Positions 12,210-24,620 of a DNA stretch of 64,000 nucleotides are shown piece by piece. Positions within the stretch are counted from its first letter, which is position 1, and every line of letters starts with the position of its first letter. A program made the position numbers and the translations under genes. The stretch comes from Leucoraja ocellata. Its lineage: Eukaryota. Under the pieces are notes generated by a model. The model saw only the letters and a program-made list of their open reading frames with translations. It was not told where the DNA came from and searched no databases. The stretch is from NCBI GenBank assembly GCA_036785375.1, contig JAWMAR010000508.1, positions 1,302,001 through 1,366,000 of the forward strand, given 5' to 3'.

Positions 12210-12401
12210 TTTTAAGGTGTGTGTTTTCACACTTCTATACCATTTACCCGATGGGAGAGGGGAGAAGAGGGAGTGAGACTGATCCTTGATAATCTGGAGG
12301 TGTTAATAAAAATATTATTTTCCCTGTGGGACTGGGATTGCCATGTGAGCCGATGTATCTCGTGATATTTACCTAACAGTATCTGTTTCTGTGTGTGTTA
12401 G

Positions 12402-12695
12402 ATTTCACAGATAAACCCACGATATTCCCTGCTGAAATGGTGGCAGGTCAGCCTGTGAACGTGACCTGCGTCTTCAACAGCACGTGTGATGGAACAGCCC
12501 CCACCTTAACCTGGGTCACCCCCGCTGATGATCCACCATCAGCCTCACGCAGCGTAACTCAGCAGGGAGACACTCTGACATATACTTCTGTTCTGTACCT
12601 GACCCCAGCGCTCAAACATCACGGGCAAAACCTCACCTGCAGAGTCACATACCCAACCGTCTCATCCGAGCAGATCCTCACAATGGCTGTTCAAT
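12402..12695 (+). CDS. Siglec-like gene 1: first C2-type Ig exon
   Basis: gtgttag|AT TTC ACA..; DFTDKPTIFP..VTCVFNSTCDGTAPTLTW..HHGQNLTCRVTYP..AVQ; donor CAAT|gtaag; 294 nt, phase 1-1. Confidence 0.93.
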
Positions 12696-12750
12696 GTAAG
12701 TACGGAGATTGTTTATTGTGCAGGAACAGCAATAATCCATTAGCAGTGCT

Positions 12751-13150
12751 NNNNNNNNNNNNNNNNNNNNNNNNNNNNNNNNNNNNNNNNNNNNNNNNNN
12801 NNNNNNNNNNNNNNNNNNNNNNNNNNNNNNNNNNNNNNNNNNNNNNNNNNNNNNNNNNNNNNNNNNNNNNNNNNNNNNNNNNNNNNNNNNNNNNNNNNNN
12901 NNNNNNNNNNNNNNNNNNNNNNNNNNNNNNNNNNNNNNNNNNNNNNNNNNNNNNNNNNNNNNNNNNNNNNNNNNNNNNNNNNNNNNNNNNNNNNNNNNNN
13001 NNNNNNNNNNNNNNNNNNNNNNNNNNNNNNNNNNNNNNNNNNNNNNNNNNNNNNNNNNNNNNNNNNNNNNNNNNNNNNNNNNNNNNNNNNNNNNNNNNNN
13101 NNNNNNNNNNNNNNNNNNNNNNNNNNNNNNNNNNNNNNNNNNNNNNNNNN
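12751..13150. other. Assembly gap (400 N)
   Basis: Run of N. Confidence 1.
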
Positions 13151-14030
13151 ACCGAAGTCTGAACGAAATTGCAGCAGTCATACATATAATACAATACAAT
13201 AAAACAACAATAAACACATATTAACATCCACCACAGTGAGTCCACCCAGCATCTCCTCACTGTGATGGAGGCAAAAGTCTTAGGTCTGCAGTCTCTTCCC
13301 TCTGCGCTGGGGCGATACCCCCCCGGGCGATGTTAAAAAACAGTCCCGCGGCTCAAACACCGCGGCCCGGGGTGGTTGAAGCTTCCGCCCACCCAGACCT
13401 GCAGACGCAGCCGCTGGCCCGCGGCCGAACCCCGGACTCAGGCCACCACCGCCAGAACACCGTCCCAGCCGCCCCCACGTGAGTACTGCGACGTCTTCAG
13501 CCTCGGGCTGGGCCGCCCCGACTTGGGCGCCGAACCTCCCCCGGACCGGGCGCCCCGACTTGGGCGTCGCTTCTTCCCCGGGCTGGGCTGCCCCGACTTG
13601 GGCGCCGAACCTCCCTCGGGCTGCCAGCGCCGCACCTTCCCGAGCTCGGCCGCTCCGACGGGAGCCTGGTTCCACCCTCAGGCTGGCCGCCCTCACGGGA
13701 GCGCCCCAACCTCTTCCAGCCCTGAGCCGGACCACCCTCACGGGAGCGAGCTCAGGGTGAGTCCTGACGGTGCTCTGCCTCCGGAGCCTCGAGGTCGTCA
13801 GCTCCATTAGGCCTCAGCGCAGACGGAGGCAGAGAAGGGGAATACGACAAAAAGGTCGTATTCCCCCGCAGGGAGAGACTGCAAACCCCGTTTCAACCCC
13901 CCCCCCCCCCCCCAAAAACACAAACTAAAACCAAAAAACTAGACTAACTAAAACAAAATAAACAACATAAAAAACACAAAACAACGGGACTGCCGGTAAG
14001 CCGCTGCAGCCAGAGCCGCGCTGCCACTCC
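13151..14030 (-). mobile_element. GC-rich non-coding retroposon (copy A; 3' end lost in the gap)
   Basis: Same architecture and hairpins as copies at 22494, 29816, 55491 and 57432; internal ccccgacttgggcg repeats. Confidence 0.65.
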
Positions 14031-14282
14031 GAAAGGAGTGCACAACCTAAAGTTATAAGACGACTTGTTCTATTTGATCCTATTTGATTGTGCATGCCAG
14101 GTTGATGTACAGGTTTGTAGGTGGATTGGCTTGAGATAAATGTAGATTGTCCCTAGTGAGTGTAGGATAGTGTTATTATGCGAGGATCAATGGTCGCAGA
14201 CTCGGTGTGCTGAAAGGCCTGTTTCTGCGCTGTATCTCTAAACTAAACTAAAGCAAAGAAAATTATGAATGGCATAGATATG

Positions 14283-14913
14283 AGTATAGAAGCTGGGATT
14301 GAGTATAGAAGCTGGGATGTAATGTTAAAATTATACAAGGCATTGGTGAGACCAAATCTGGAGTATGGTGTACAATTTTGGTCGCCCAATTATAGGAAGG
14401 ATGTCAACAAAATAGAGAGAGTACAGAGGAGATTTACTAGAATGTTGCCTGGGTTTCAACAACTAAGTTACAGAGATAGGTTGAATAAGTTAGGTCTTTC
14501 TTCTCTGGAGCGCAGAAGGTTAAGGGGGGACTTGGTAGAGGTCTTTAAAATGATGAGAGGAATAGACAGAGTTGATGTGGACAAGCTTTTCCCTTTGAGA
14601 ATAGGGAAGATTCAAACAAGAGGACATGACTTCAGAATTAAGGGACAGAAGTTTAGGGGTGATATGAGGGGGAACTTCTTTACTCATAGAGTGGTAGCGG
14701 TGTGGAATGAGCTTCCAGTGGAAGTGGTGGAGGCAGGTTCATTGGTGTCATTTAAAAATAAATTGGATAGGCATATGGATGAGAAGGGAATGGAGGGTTA
14801 TGGTATGAGTGCAGGCAGGTGGGACTAAGGGGGGGAAAAAGTTGTTCGGCACGGACTTGTAGGGCCGAGATGGCCTGTTTCCGTGCTGGAATTGTTATAT
14901 GGTTATATGGTTA
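14283..14913 (+). mobile_element. CR1-A 3' fragment
   Basis: ORF 14265-14828 RT C-terminus; GGTTATAT tail. Confidence 0.9.
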
Positions 14914-15957
14914 TAGATAGGGTAGACAGCCAGAACCTTGTGTTGCCTGGGTGGAAATATCAAAGACTTGAGGGCTTAGTTTTAAGTTGACAGGGGCAAG
15001 TTTTCTATGCATATAGTGAGGGTCTCAGGGACATGCTAGAGGCAGAAAACATCTTCCAGATGTTGGGCGAGTCCAGAACCAGGGGCCACGGTTTAAGAAT
15101 AAGGGGTAAGCCATTTAGAACGGAGATGAGGAAACACATTTTCTCACAGAGAGTTGTGAGTCTGTGGAATTCTCTGCCTCAGAGGGAGGTGGAGGCTGGT
15201 TTTCTGGATACTTTCAAGAGAGAGCTAGATAGGGCTCGCTATATTTAAGAGGGAGTTAGATGTGGCCCTTGTGGCTAAGGGGATCAGGGGGTATGGAGAG
15301 AAGGCAGGTACAGGATACTGAACCTGCACCGCCATTCAATATGATCATGGCTGATCATCCAACTCAGTATCCCATCCCTGCCTTCTCTCCATACACCCCA
15401 GATCCCTTGAGCCACAAAGGCCACATCTAACTCCCTCTTAAATATACCCAATGAACTGGCCTCAACTACTTTCTGTGGCAGCGATTTTTTCTCATTTCGG
15501 TCCTGAAATACTTACCCCTTTTCCTTAGACTGTGTGACCCCTTGTCCTGGACTTCCCCAACATCGGGAACAATCTTCCTGCATCTAGCTGGTCCAACCTC
15601 TTAAGAATTGTGTAATATTATATAAGCAGTGCTTTAGTTAAGAGGGGCAGTGCTTTAGTTAAGGTACAGTGGGTTAAAGGGGCAGTGCTTTAGTTAAGGT
15701 ACAGTGGGTTAAAGGTGCAGTTCTTTAGTAAAGGTACAGTGAGCCAAGGGTACAGTGGGTTAAAGGTACAGTTCTTTAGTAAAGGTACAGTGAGCCAAGG
15801 GTACAGTGGGCTAAAGGTACAGTGCTTTTTGTTTATATAATAAAGGTGCAGTTTAAAGGTCACGAGGGAGCAGCTGTTGTGAGTCAGATACCTGCTGATT
15901 TCTCCCAGCAGTTTCTATTGTGTTATACTGGTATCAGATCCAGGGTAATGCGGGAGA

Positions 15958-16889
15958 ATGACAGTCAGAGCAGTATACTGTTCTGGATGTCAGATGTGGG
16001 AGGTCATGGTTTCGGATGGCCCTCCGGACATCCACATCTGCACCAGGTGCAGCGAGATGGGGCTCCTAAGGGACCGTATTAGGATCCTGGAGCAGCAGCT
16101 CGATGACCTCGCTCTGATCAGGGAGAGTGAGGAGGTCATAGAGGGGAGTTATAGAGAGGTGGTCACTCCAAAACCACGGGAGAGAGACATGTGGGTCACG
16201 TTAAGGAAGGGCAAGGGGCAGAGGCAGGAACGGGTGAGTACTCCAATGTCGGTACACCTCGCAAGTAAGTACTCCTGTTTGAGTACGGATGGGGGTAACA
16301 GCCTACCCGGGGGTAGTGACAGCGGACGGGCCTCCAGCACAGAGACCGGCCCTGTTGCTCCAAAAGCTAGGGAAAAAAGAGGGCCATAGTAATTGGGGAC
16401 TCTATTGTTAGGGGGTCGGATAGGCGATTCTGTGGACGCAGTCGGGAGACCAGGATGGTGGTCTGCCTCCCTGGTGCCAAGGTCTCGGACGTGTCTCAAC
16501 GCATCCAAGATATCCTTAAATCAGAGGGAGAGGAGCCTGAGGTCGTGGTACATATAGGTACCAATGACATAGGAAAAACAAGGGAAGAGGTCCTGAAGGG
16601 AGGATTTAGGGAGTTGGGAGGAGAGTTAAGAAAAAGGACCAAAAAGGTAACCATATCAGGATTACTGCCTGTGCCACGCGACAGTGAGAGTAGGAATGGA
16701 GCGAGGTGGAGGATAAATGCGTGGCTGAAAGACTGGTGCAGAGGGCAGGGATTCAAGTTCCTGGATCATTGGGACTTCTTTTGGGGAAGGTGGGACCTGT
16801 ACAGAAAGGATGGGTTGCACTTGAACCCGAGGGGGACCAATATCCTAGCGGGGAAATTTGCAAAGGCAGCTGGGGAGACTTTAAACTAG
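15958..16889 (+). pseudogene. CR1 ORF1 (Zn-finger plus SGNH/GDSL esterase), frameshift near 16385
   Basis: CSGCQMW..CTRC; VIGDSIVRG, CLPGA, HIGTND, DGLH blocks. Confidence 0.88.
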
Positions 16890-19681
16890 AATGGTTGGGG
16901 CGAGGGACTCAAATAGCGAAAGGTAGTAGACAGAATGGGAGGCAGGAAGCAGAAATGGGAAGCACTCGGACACAAGAGGAGAAAGAAAAAAAAGGAAATA
17001 AACAGAGAATAAGAGACGGGGGTTTTCTTAAATGTGCATATTTTAATGCTAGGAGCATTGTAAGAAAGGTTGATGAGCTTAGAGTCTGGATAGACACCTG
17101 GAAGTATGATGTTGTGGCGATCAGTGAAACGTGGTTGCAGGAGGGCTGTGATTGGAAACTAAATATTCCAGGATTTCGCTGCTTCAGGTGTGATAGAATT
17201 GGAGGGGCAAGAGGTGGAGGTGTTGCATTGCTAGTCAGGGAAGATATTATAGCAGTGCTTTGGCAGGATAGATTGGAGGGCTCATCTAGGAAGGCTATTT
17301 GGGTGTAATTGAGAAGTGGGAAAGGTGTAGCAACTCTTATAGGGGTGTATTATAGACCGCCAAACGGGGAACGAGAATTGGAAGAGCAAATATGTAAGGA
17401 GATAGCAGATATTAGTAGTAAGCACAAGGTAGTGATTGTGGGAGATTTCAACTTTCCACACATAGACTGGGAAACACATTCTGTAAATGGGCTGGAAGGG
17501 TTGGAGTTTGTAAAATGTGTGCAGGATAGTTTTTTGCAGCAATACATAGAGGTACCTACTAGAGGAGGGGCAGTGCTGGACCTCCTGTTAGGAAATGAGA
17601 TGGGACAGGTGGCGGAGGTATGCGTTGGGGAGCACTTCGGGTCCAGTGATCACAATACCATTAGTTTCAAGATAATTATGGAGAGGGTCAGAACTGGACC
17701 TAGGGTTGAGATTTTTGATTGGAGAAAGGCTAACTTTGATGAGATGCGAGATGATTTAAAAGGAGTGAACTGGGACATTTTGTTTTATGGGAGATAAAAA
17801 GAGGGAGATCTACAATAATTATAGGCAGCATGAAGTAAATGAGGTGCTTGAGGAGTATAAGGAATGTAAAAAGAATCTTAAGAAAGAAATTAGAAAAGCT
17901 AAAAGAAGATATGAGGTTGCTTTGGCAAGTAAGGTGAAAGTCAATCCACTATTAATAGCAAAAGGATAACGAGGGATAAAATTGGTCCATTGGAGAAACA
18001 GAGTGGACAGCTATCTGCAGAGCCAAAAGAGATGGGGGAGATATTGAACATTTTTTTTTCTTCGGTATTCACCAAGAAGAAGGATATTGAATTATGTGAG
18101 GTAAGGGAAACTAGTAGAGTAGCTATGGATACTATGAGGTTCAAAGTAAAAGAAGTACTGACACTTTTGAAAAATATAAAAGTGGATAAGTCTCCAGGTC
18201 CTGACAGGATATTCCCTAGGACATTGAGGGAAGTTAGTGTAGAAATAGCCGGGGCTATGACAGAAATATTTCAAATGTCATTAGAAACGGGAATAGTCCC
18301 CGAGGATTGGCGTACTGCGCATGTTGTTCCATTGATTAAAAAGGGTTCTAAGAGTAAACCTAGCAATTATAGACCTGTTAGTTTGACTTCAGTGGTGGGC
18401 AAATTAATGGAAAAGATACTTAGAGACAATATATATAAGCATCTAGATAAACAGGGTCTGATTAGGAACAGTCAACATGGATTTGTGCCTGGAAGGTCAT
18501 GTTTGACTAATCTTCTTGAATTTTTTGAAGAGGTTACTAGGAACATTGACGAGGGTAAAGCAGTGGATGTTGTCTATATGGACTTTAGTAAGGCCTTTGA
18601 CAAGGTTCCTCATGGAAGGTTGGTTAAGAAGGTTCAACTGTTGGGTATAAATGCAGGAATAGCAAGATGGATTCAACAGTGGCTGAATGGGAGAAGCCAG
18701 AGGGTAATGGTGGATGGCTGTTTATCGGGTTGGAGGCAGGTGACTAGTGGGGTGCCTCAGGGATCTGTGTTGGGTCCTTTGTTGTTTGTCATGTACATCA
18801 ATGATCTGGATGAAGGTGTGGTAAATTGGATTAGTAAGTATGCAGATGATACCAAGATAGGGGGTGTTGTGGATAATGAAGAGGATTTCCAAAGTCTACA
18901 GAGTGATTTAGGCCATTTGGAAAAATGGGCTGAAAGATGGCAGATGGAGTTTAATGCTGATAAATGTGAGGTGCTACACCTTGGCAGGACAAATCAAAAT
19001 AGGACGTACATGGTAAATGGTAGGGAATTGAAGAATACAGTTGAACAGAGGGATCTGGGTATAACCGTGCATAGTTCCTTGAAGGTGGAATCTCATATAG
19101 ATAGGGTGGTAAAGAAAGCTTTTGGTATGCTAGCCTTTATAAATCAGAGCATTGAGTATAGAAGCTGGGATGTAATGTTAAAATTGTACAAGGCATTGGT
19201 GAGACCAAATCTGGAGTATGGGGTACAATTTTGGTCGCCAAATTATAGGAAGGATGTCAACAAAATAGAGAGAGTACAGAGGAGATTTACTAGAATGTTG
19301 CCTGGGTTTCAACAACTAAGTTACAGAGATAGGTTGAATAAGTTAGGTCTTTATTCTCTGGAGCGCAGAAGGTTAAGGGGGGACCTGATAGAGGTCTTTA
19401 AAATGATGAGAGGGATAGACAGAGTTGATGTGGACAAGCTTTTCCCTTTGAGAATAGGGAAGATTCAAACAAGAGGACATGACTTCAGAATTAAGGGACA
19501 GAAGTTTAGGGGTAATATGAGGGGGAACTTCTTTACGCAGAGAGTGGTGGCGGTGTGGAATGAGCTCCCAGTGGAAGTGGTGGAGGCAGGTTCATTGGTA
19601 TCATTTAAAAATAAATTGGATAGGCATATGGATGAGAAGGGAATGGAGGGTTATGGTACGAGTGCAGGCAGGTGGGACTAA
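16890..19681 (+). pseudogene. CR1 ORF2 (AP endonuclease plus RT); stop at about 17306, deletions at about 17790 and 17945
   Basis: YFNARS, SETW, GDFN, SDH; [12 protein letters not shown]; lesions seen by comparison with the intact copy at 58444-61391. Confidence 0.92.
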
Positions 19682-19815
19682 GGGGAAAAAAAATTGTTCG
19701 GCATGGACTTGTAGGGCCGAGATGGCCTGTTTCCGTGCTGTAATTGTTATATGGTTATATGTTATATGGTTATATCCCCCCTCTATCACGTTTAAATTTT
19801 TTCGTTTGTCTTTAG

Positions 19816-20097
19816 ATGCTCCACGGATTCAATCAATCACTTCCCCCGACAACGTGAATAATTCCGGAGTCAATGTAAAGGAAGGAAACTCTGTAGAGTT
19901 CCTCTGCTCCGTTCAGAGTTTCCCAGCATCTAACCTGACGTGGATACATCTCGATGCCACACTGAACACAACAGGATCCAGCAACGAGCTGTGGTTGAAA
20001 ATCCTTCAAGTGACTCGGCAGGACGCTGGGGACTATGAGTGTGTGGCGGCGAATGAGCATGGGACAGGGAAGGGGAATGTGACCCTCATTGTAGAAT
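19816..20097 (+). CDS. Siglec-like gene 1: second C2/I-type Ig exon
   Basis: gtctttag|AT GCT CCA; YAPRI..EGNSVEFLCSVQSFPASNLTW..DAGDYECVAANEHG..VTLIVE; donor GAAT|gtgag; 282 nt. Confidence 0.93.
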
Positions 20098-20199
20098 GTG
20101 AGTAGACACATGTCTCGTCTCTGTGAACATAAATGAGAAGTCAGTGGAATATATTGTGTTGTACCGGGATATTATGGTATATCCCGGTAAAGGAGGGTA

Positions 20200-21085
20200 A
20201 AGAAGAGGATTTCCAAAGTCTACAGAGTGATTTAGGCCATTTGGAAAAATGGGCTGAAAGATGGCAGATGGAGTTTAATGCTGATAAATGTGAGGTGCTA
20301 CACCTTGGCAGGACAAATCAAAATAGGACGTACATGGTAAATGGTAGGGAATTGAAGAATACAGTTGAACAGAGGAATCTGGGAATAACCGTGCATAGTT
20401 CCTTGAAGGTGGAATCTCATATAGATAGGGTGGTAAAGAAAGCTTTTGGTATGCTAGCCTTTATAAATCAAAGCATTGAGTATAGAAGCTGGGATGTAAT
20501 GTTAAAATTGTACAAGGCATTGGTGAGACCAAATCTGGAGTATGGTGTACAATTTTGGTCGCGCAATTATAGGAAGGATGTCCACAAAATAGAGAGAGTA
20601 CAGAGGAGATTTACTAGAATGTTGCCTGGGTTTCAACAACTAAGTTACAGAGATAGGTTGAACAAGTTAGGGCTTTATTCTTTGTAGCACAGAAGGTTAA
20701 GGGGGGACTTGATAGAGGTATTTAAAATGATGAGAGGGATAGACAGAGTTGACGTGGATAAGCTTTTCCCACTGAGAGTAGGGAAGATTCAAACAAGGGG
20801 GCATGACTTGAGAATTAAGGGACAGAAGTTTAGGGGTAATATGAGGGGGAACTTCTTTACTCAGAGAGTGGTAGCGGTGTGGAATGACCTTCCAGTGGAA
20901 GTGGTGGAGGCAGGTTCATTGGTATCATTTAAAAATAAATTGGATAGGCATATGGATGAGAAGGGAAAGGAGGTTTATGGTATGAGTGCAGGCAGGTGGG
21001 ACTAAGGGGAAAAATGTGTTCGGCACGGACTTGTAGGGCCGAGATGGCCTGTTTCCGTGCTGTAATTGTTATATGGTTATATGGT
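20200..21085 (+). mobile_element. CR1-A 3' fragment
   Basis: RT C-terminal ORFs 20133-20687 and 20709-21005; tail. Confidence 0.9.
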
Positions 21086-21351
21086 ATGGCATTTCTGCCT
21101 CTCCCCCACACACTCTCTCCTCTTGTAAGATGAAGATTAGATAAGGTTAGACACAAAAAGCTGGAGTAACTCAGCGGGACAGGCAGCATCTCTGGAGAGA
21201 AGGCAGGGGTGATGTGCCGAGTCGAGACCCTTCTTCAGACCGAGTCAGGGGAGATGGGGATACAGAGATAAGGAAGTGCAAGGTGTGAAAAGGAGACAGA
21301 AAAAATGTTGAATTGTCAGCTGGGAGAAGTTGACAACAAGTCAAAGATAAA

Positions 21352-22101
21352 ATGCAGATGCAATATAATGTGGATAAATGTGAGGTTATCCATTTTGGTG
21401 GCAAAAACGGGAAAGCAAACTATTATCTAAATGGTGGCCGATTGGGAAAGGGGGAGATGCAGCGAGACCTGCGTGTCATGGTACACCAGTCATTGAAGGT
21501 AGGCATGCAGGTGCAGCAGGCAGTAAAGAAAGCGAATGGTATGTTAGCTTTCATTGCAAAAGGATTTGAGTATAGGAGCAGGGAGGTTCTACTGCAGTTG
21601 TACAGGGTCTTGGTGAGACCACACCTGCAGTATTGCGTACAGTTTTGGTCTCCAAATCTGAGGAAGGACATTATTGCCATAGAGTGAGTGCAGTGACGGT
21701 TCACCAGACTGATTCCTGGGATGTCAGGACTGTCTTATGAAGAAAGACTGGATAGACTTGGTTTATACTCTCTAGAATTTAGGAGATTGAGAGGGGATCT
21801 TATAGAAACTTACACAATTCTTAAGGGGTTGGACAGGCTAGATGCAGGAAGATTGTTCCCGATGTTGGGGAAGTCCAGGACAAGGGGTCACAGCTTAAGG
21901 ATAAGGGGGAAATCCTTTGAAACCGAGATGAGAAGAACTTTTTTCACACAGAGAAGGGTAGTTGAGGCCAGTTCATTGGCTATATTTAAGAGGGAGTTAG
22001 ATGTGGCCCTTGTGGCTCAAGGGATCTGGGGTGTATGGAGGCTCGAAGGGCCGAATGGCCTCTACTCCTGCACCTAATTTCTATGTTTCTATGTTTCTAT
22101 G
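21352..22101 (+). mobile_element. CR1-B 3' fragment
   Basis: ORFs 21352-21687 and 21721-22077; TTTCTATG tail. Confidence 0.9.
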
Positions 22102-22493
22102 AAAGGTTCAGAGAGATATGGGCCAAATGGGACTTATTTAGATGGGACATCTTGGACGAGTTGGGCCGAATGGCCTGTTTGCGTGCTGTACCAATGCACA
22201 ACTCTGAAACAATGAAGGGTTAGGATGGAATGGATGTGGGGATGTGCAGAAGTGGAGGCCATCATCAGTAAACAGCCATTGAGACCTCAGAGGGACATGG
22301 CGTTGCTCAGAGAGAGGTGAGTGGTGGATCTCACTGCCCTCGGGATGGGTTGAGGCCACAGTAGAAGTAGATTTAGTGGGACATTCTGATAGATGAGGAA
22401 AGTAGGGTCAGTAGGACAAGATGGGCTGAATGGCCTGTTTCTGTTATGTAATTCCAGGTAGTGTGGTGCGAGAATCCTTTTTGCTACTCGGTC

Positions 22494-23202
22494 AAGATTC
22501 AAGATTCAAGATTCAATTTATTTGTCATTTGGACCCCTTGAGGTCCAAACGAAATGCCGTCAAAGCCCCCGGCTGGCGATGGCGATTGTCCCGCGGCCAT
22601 TAAAGCCACGCCGGGTGCTGCAAGGTCGCACACCGGTCTTGATGTTGGAGCCCCCGGCGTGCGCACGCAGAGTCCCGCAGCCATTCCAAGCCTCGCGGGG
22701 CGGTGCTGTAAGGCCCCGCTCCAGGAGCTCTTCGACCCCGCAACTCGGGCGGGAGAAGTCGCCGTTGCGGGTGCCCTGAAAAGCGGTCTCCCTCCAGGGA
22801 CCCGCGGGCTCCCGGTGCTGCCGTCCGCCAGACCCGCAGTTGCAGCCTCCGAATCTCCGGAGGTCGGGCCGTAGCAGCAGCAGCGCTCCACCACCGCTCC
22901 ACCCGCTCTGGACTCGGCCAGCTCCGCGACGGTGAGGTGAGTCGTCGGCACCAGAGCCCCCGGTCTTCCTGTTGGAGGCCGCTCCTCGTTGCAGCCCCAA
23001 CGACAACGGAGACCCAACAAAGAAAAGGTCGGTTCTCCCGTGCAGGGAGAGATTTAAAAGTTACCCCCTCCCTCCCACCCCACCCCCACCCCCCACACAC
23101 ACACATCAACAAAAAAATAACAAAAACTACATAAAAACATAGACAAAAAATAATAAAAACGCAGACGGGCTGCAGAGGCCGCTGCTGACGAGAGTCGCGC
23201 CG
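22494..23202 (-). mobile_element. GC-rich non-coding retroposon (copy B) with Rex1-like (TTGAATC)n tail
   Basis: Close match to 29816-30675 but with an internal ~140-nt deletion; short TSD cggtc. Confidence 0.75.
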
Positions 23203-23283
23203 GTCTGGGCTGGAGTTGAGGTTATGTTGTCTTGTCTGTTTGTCAGAGCTGGGCTTACATTGACTGCTTTCTCCACCCCTCAG

Positions 23284-23397
23284 TACGTGGCTCGGAAAGG
23301 TCCTGGAAATGCATCGTGGCCCTGATCGTTCTTGCCGTCATCTTCATAGGCGTAGTTCCTGTAATCGTCTGGGCAGAGTGTTGGCGCAACAAATGAG
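23284..23397 (+). CDS. Siglec-like gene 1: transmembrane exon, TGA at 23394-23396 just before the donor
   Basis: acccctcag|TA CGT..; LRGSERSWK-CIVALIVLAVIFIGVVPVIVWA-ECWRNK*; 114 nt, phase 1-1, G|gtgcgg. Confidence 0.82.
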
Positions 23398-23596
23398 GTG
23401 CGGGATGATCTGGAAACTGTCCGAATGTCTTCACTGCCATTTACTCACCGGAACGAGAAAGAGGGGAGGTACACACTGCGTCCGCCTAAAATCAGGGCCC
23501 TCTCCAATCATAACCGCCCCCCCCCCTCCCCACCCCACCGCTACAACTGTGTTTGGGAGAGGGGCAGGGCAGATTGCCCAAGTATCCTGGACCTGA

Positions 23597-24325
23597 TGTT
23601 TACTCAGAGAGTGGTAGCGGTGTGGAATGAGCTTCCAGTGGAAGTGGTGGAGGCAGGTTCGTTGGTATCATTTAAAAATAAATTGGATAGGCATATGGAT
23701 GAGAAGGGAATGGAGGGTTATGGTATGAGTGCAGGCAGGTGGGACTAAGGGGAAAAAAAGTTGTTCGGCACGGAGTTGTAGGGCCGAGATGGCCTGTTTC
23801 CGTGCTGTAATTGTTATATATGGATATATGGTTTATATCTCATCCATAGACATAGAAACATAGACAATAGGTGCAGGAGTAGGCCATTCGGCCGTTCGTG
23901 CCTGCACCATTCACCATTCAATATGATCACGGCTGATCATCCAACTCAGAATTCCTGTACCTGCTTTCTCTCCATACCCCCTGATCCCTTTAGCCACAAG
24001 GGCCACATCTAACTCCCTCTTAAATATAGCCAATGAACTGTGGCCTCAACTACCTTCTGTGGCAGAGAATTCCACAGATTCACCACTCTCTGTGTGTGAA
24101 AAATATTTTTCTCATCTCCGTCCTAAAAGATTTCCCCCTTATCCTTAAACTGTGTGGCCCCTTGTTCTGGACTTCCCCAACATCAGGAACAATCTTCCTG
24201 CATCTAGCCTGTCCAACTCCTTAAGAATTTTGTAAGTTTTTATAAGATCCCCCCTCAATCTTCTAAATTCTAGCGAGTACAAGCCGAGTCTATCCAGTCT
24301 TTCTTCATATGAAAGCCCTGACATC
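23597..24325. mobile_element. CR1-A 3' end (+) and CR1-B 3' fragment (-), tail to tail
   Basis: FTQRVVAVWNELP..GRWD plus tail; catagaaacatag start of the minus copy. Confidence 0.85.
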
Positions 24326-24620
24326 CCGATGCTGGGATGGGGGAGAGTTTAGTTACTTTTTAGTTTATTGTGACATGTGGGAAGGGGTTGGATCCGTGAG
24401 GAGAGAGTGGGGAGGTGATTGGGTCTATAGGCAGTGTGGGGAGTGGGAGATAGTTTTGCTCCATGGTGGGAGGGAATGGGGAGGAGATGGGAGTGTGGAC
24501 TGAGATAGATTGGGGTTGGAGTTTTGGTCCATGTGGAGTGGGGACAATGGGAGTGAAGTATTGGTAACAGCACGGAGATTGTTCCCAGATTATGTCGTTT
24601 TTGCAGATGCGGCAAAAGGA

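Larger units (their letters stand above)
15628..19776 (+). mobile_element. Essentially full-length CR1-A LINE (inactivated)
   Basis: Tandem-repeat 5' UTR (15628-15830), ORF1, ORF2 with APE and RT, (GGTTATAT)n tail ending about 40 nt before the second C2 exon. Confidence 0.95.

Noticed and set aside
12696-13260. ORFs running through X residues
   Set aside because: Artefact of the N gap; the Ig exon ends at the 12695 donor.
22499-23134. Overlapping GC-rich ORFs (also 13280-13810, 29840-30610, 55566-56329, 57599-58286)
   Set aside because: Open in many frames because of GC content; frames are not conserved between copies B and C; no domain motifs.
23284-23397. TM exon as DAP12/TYROBP itself
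   Set aside because: Lacks the intramembrane Asp and the extracellular CxC of DAP12, and splices in frame to the Ig exons.
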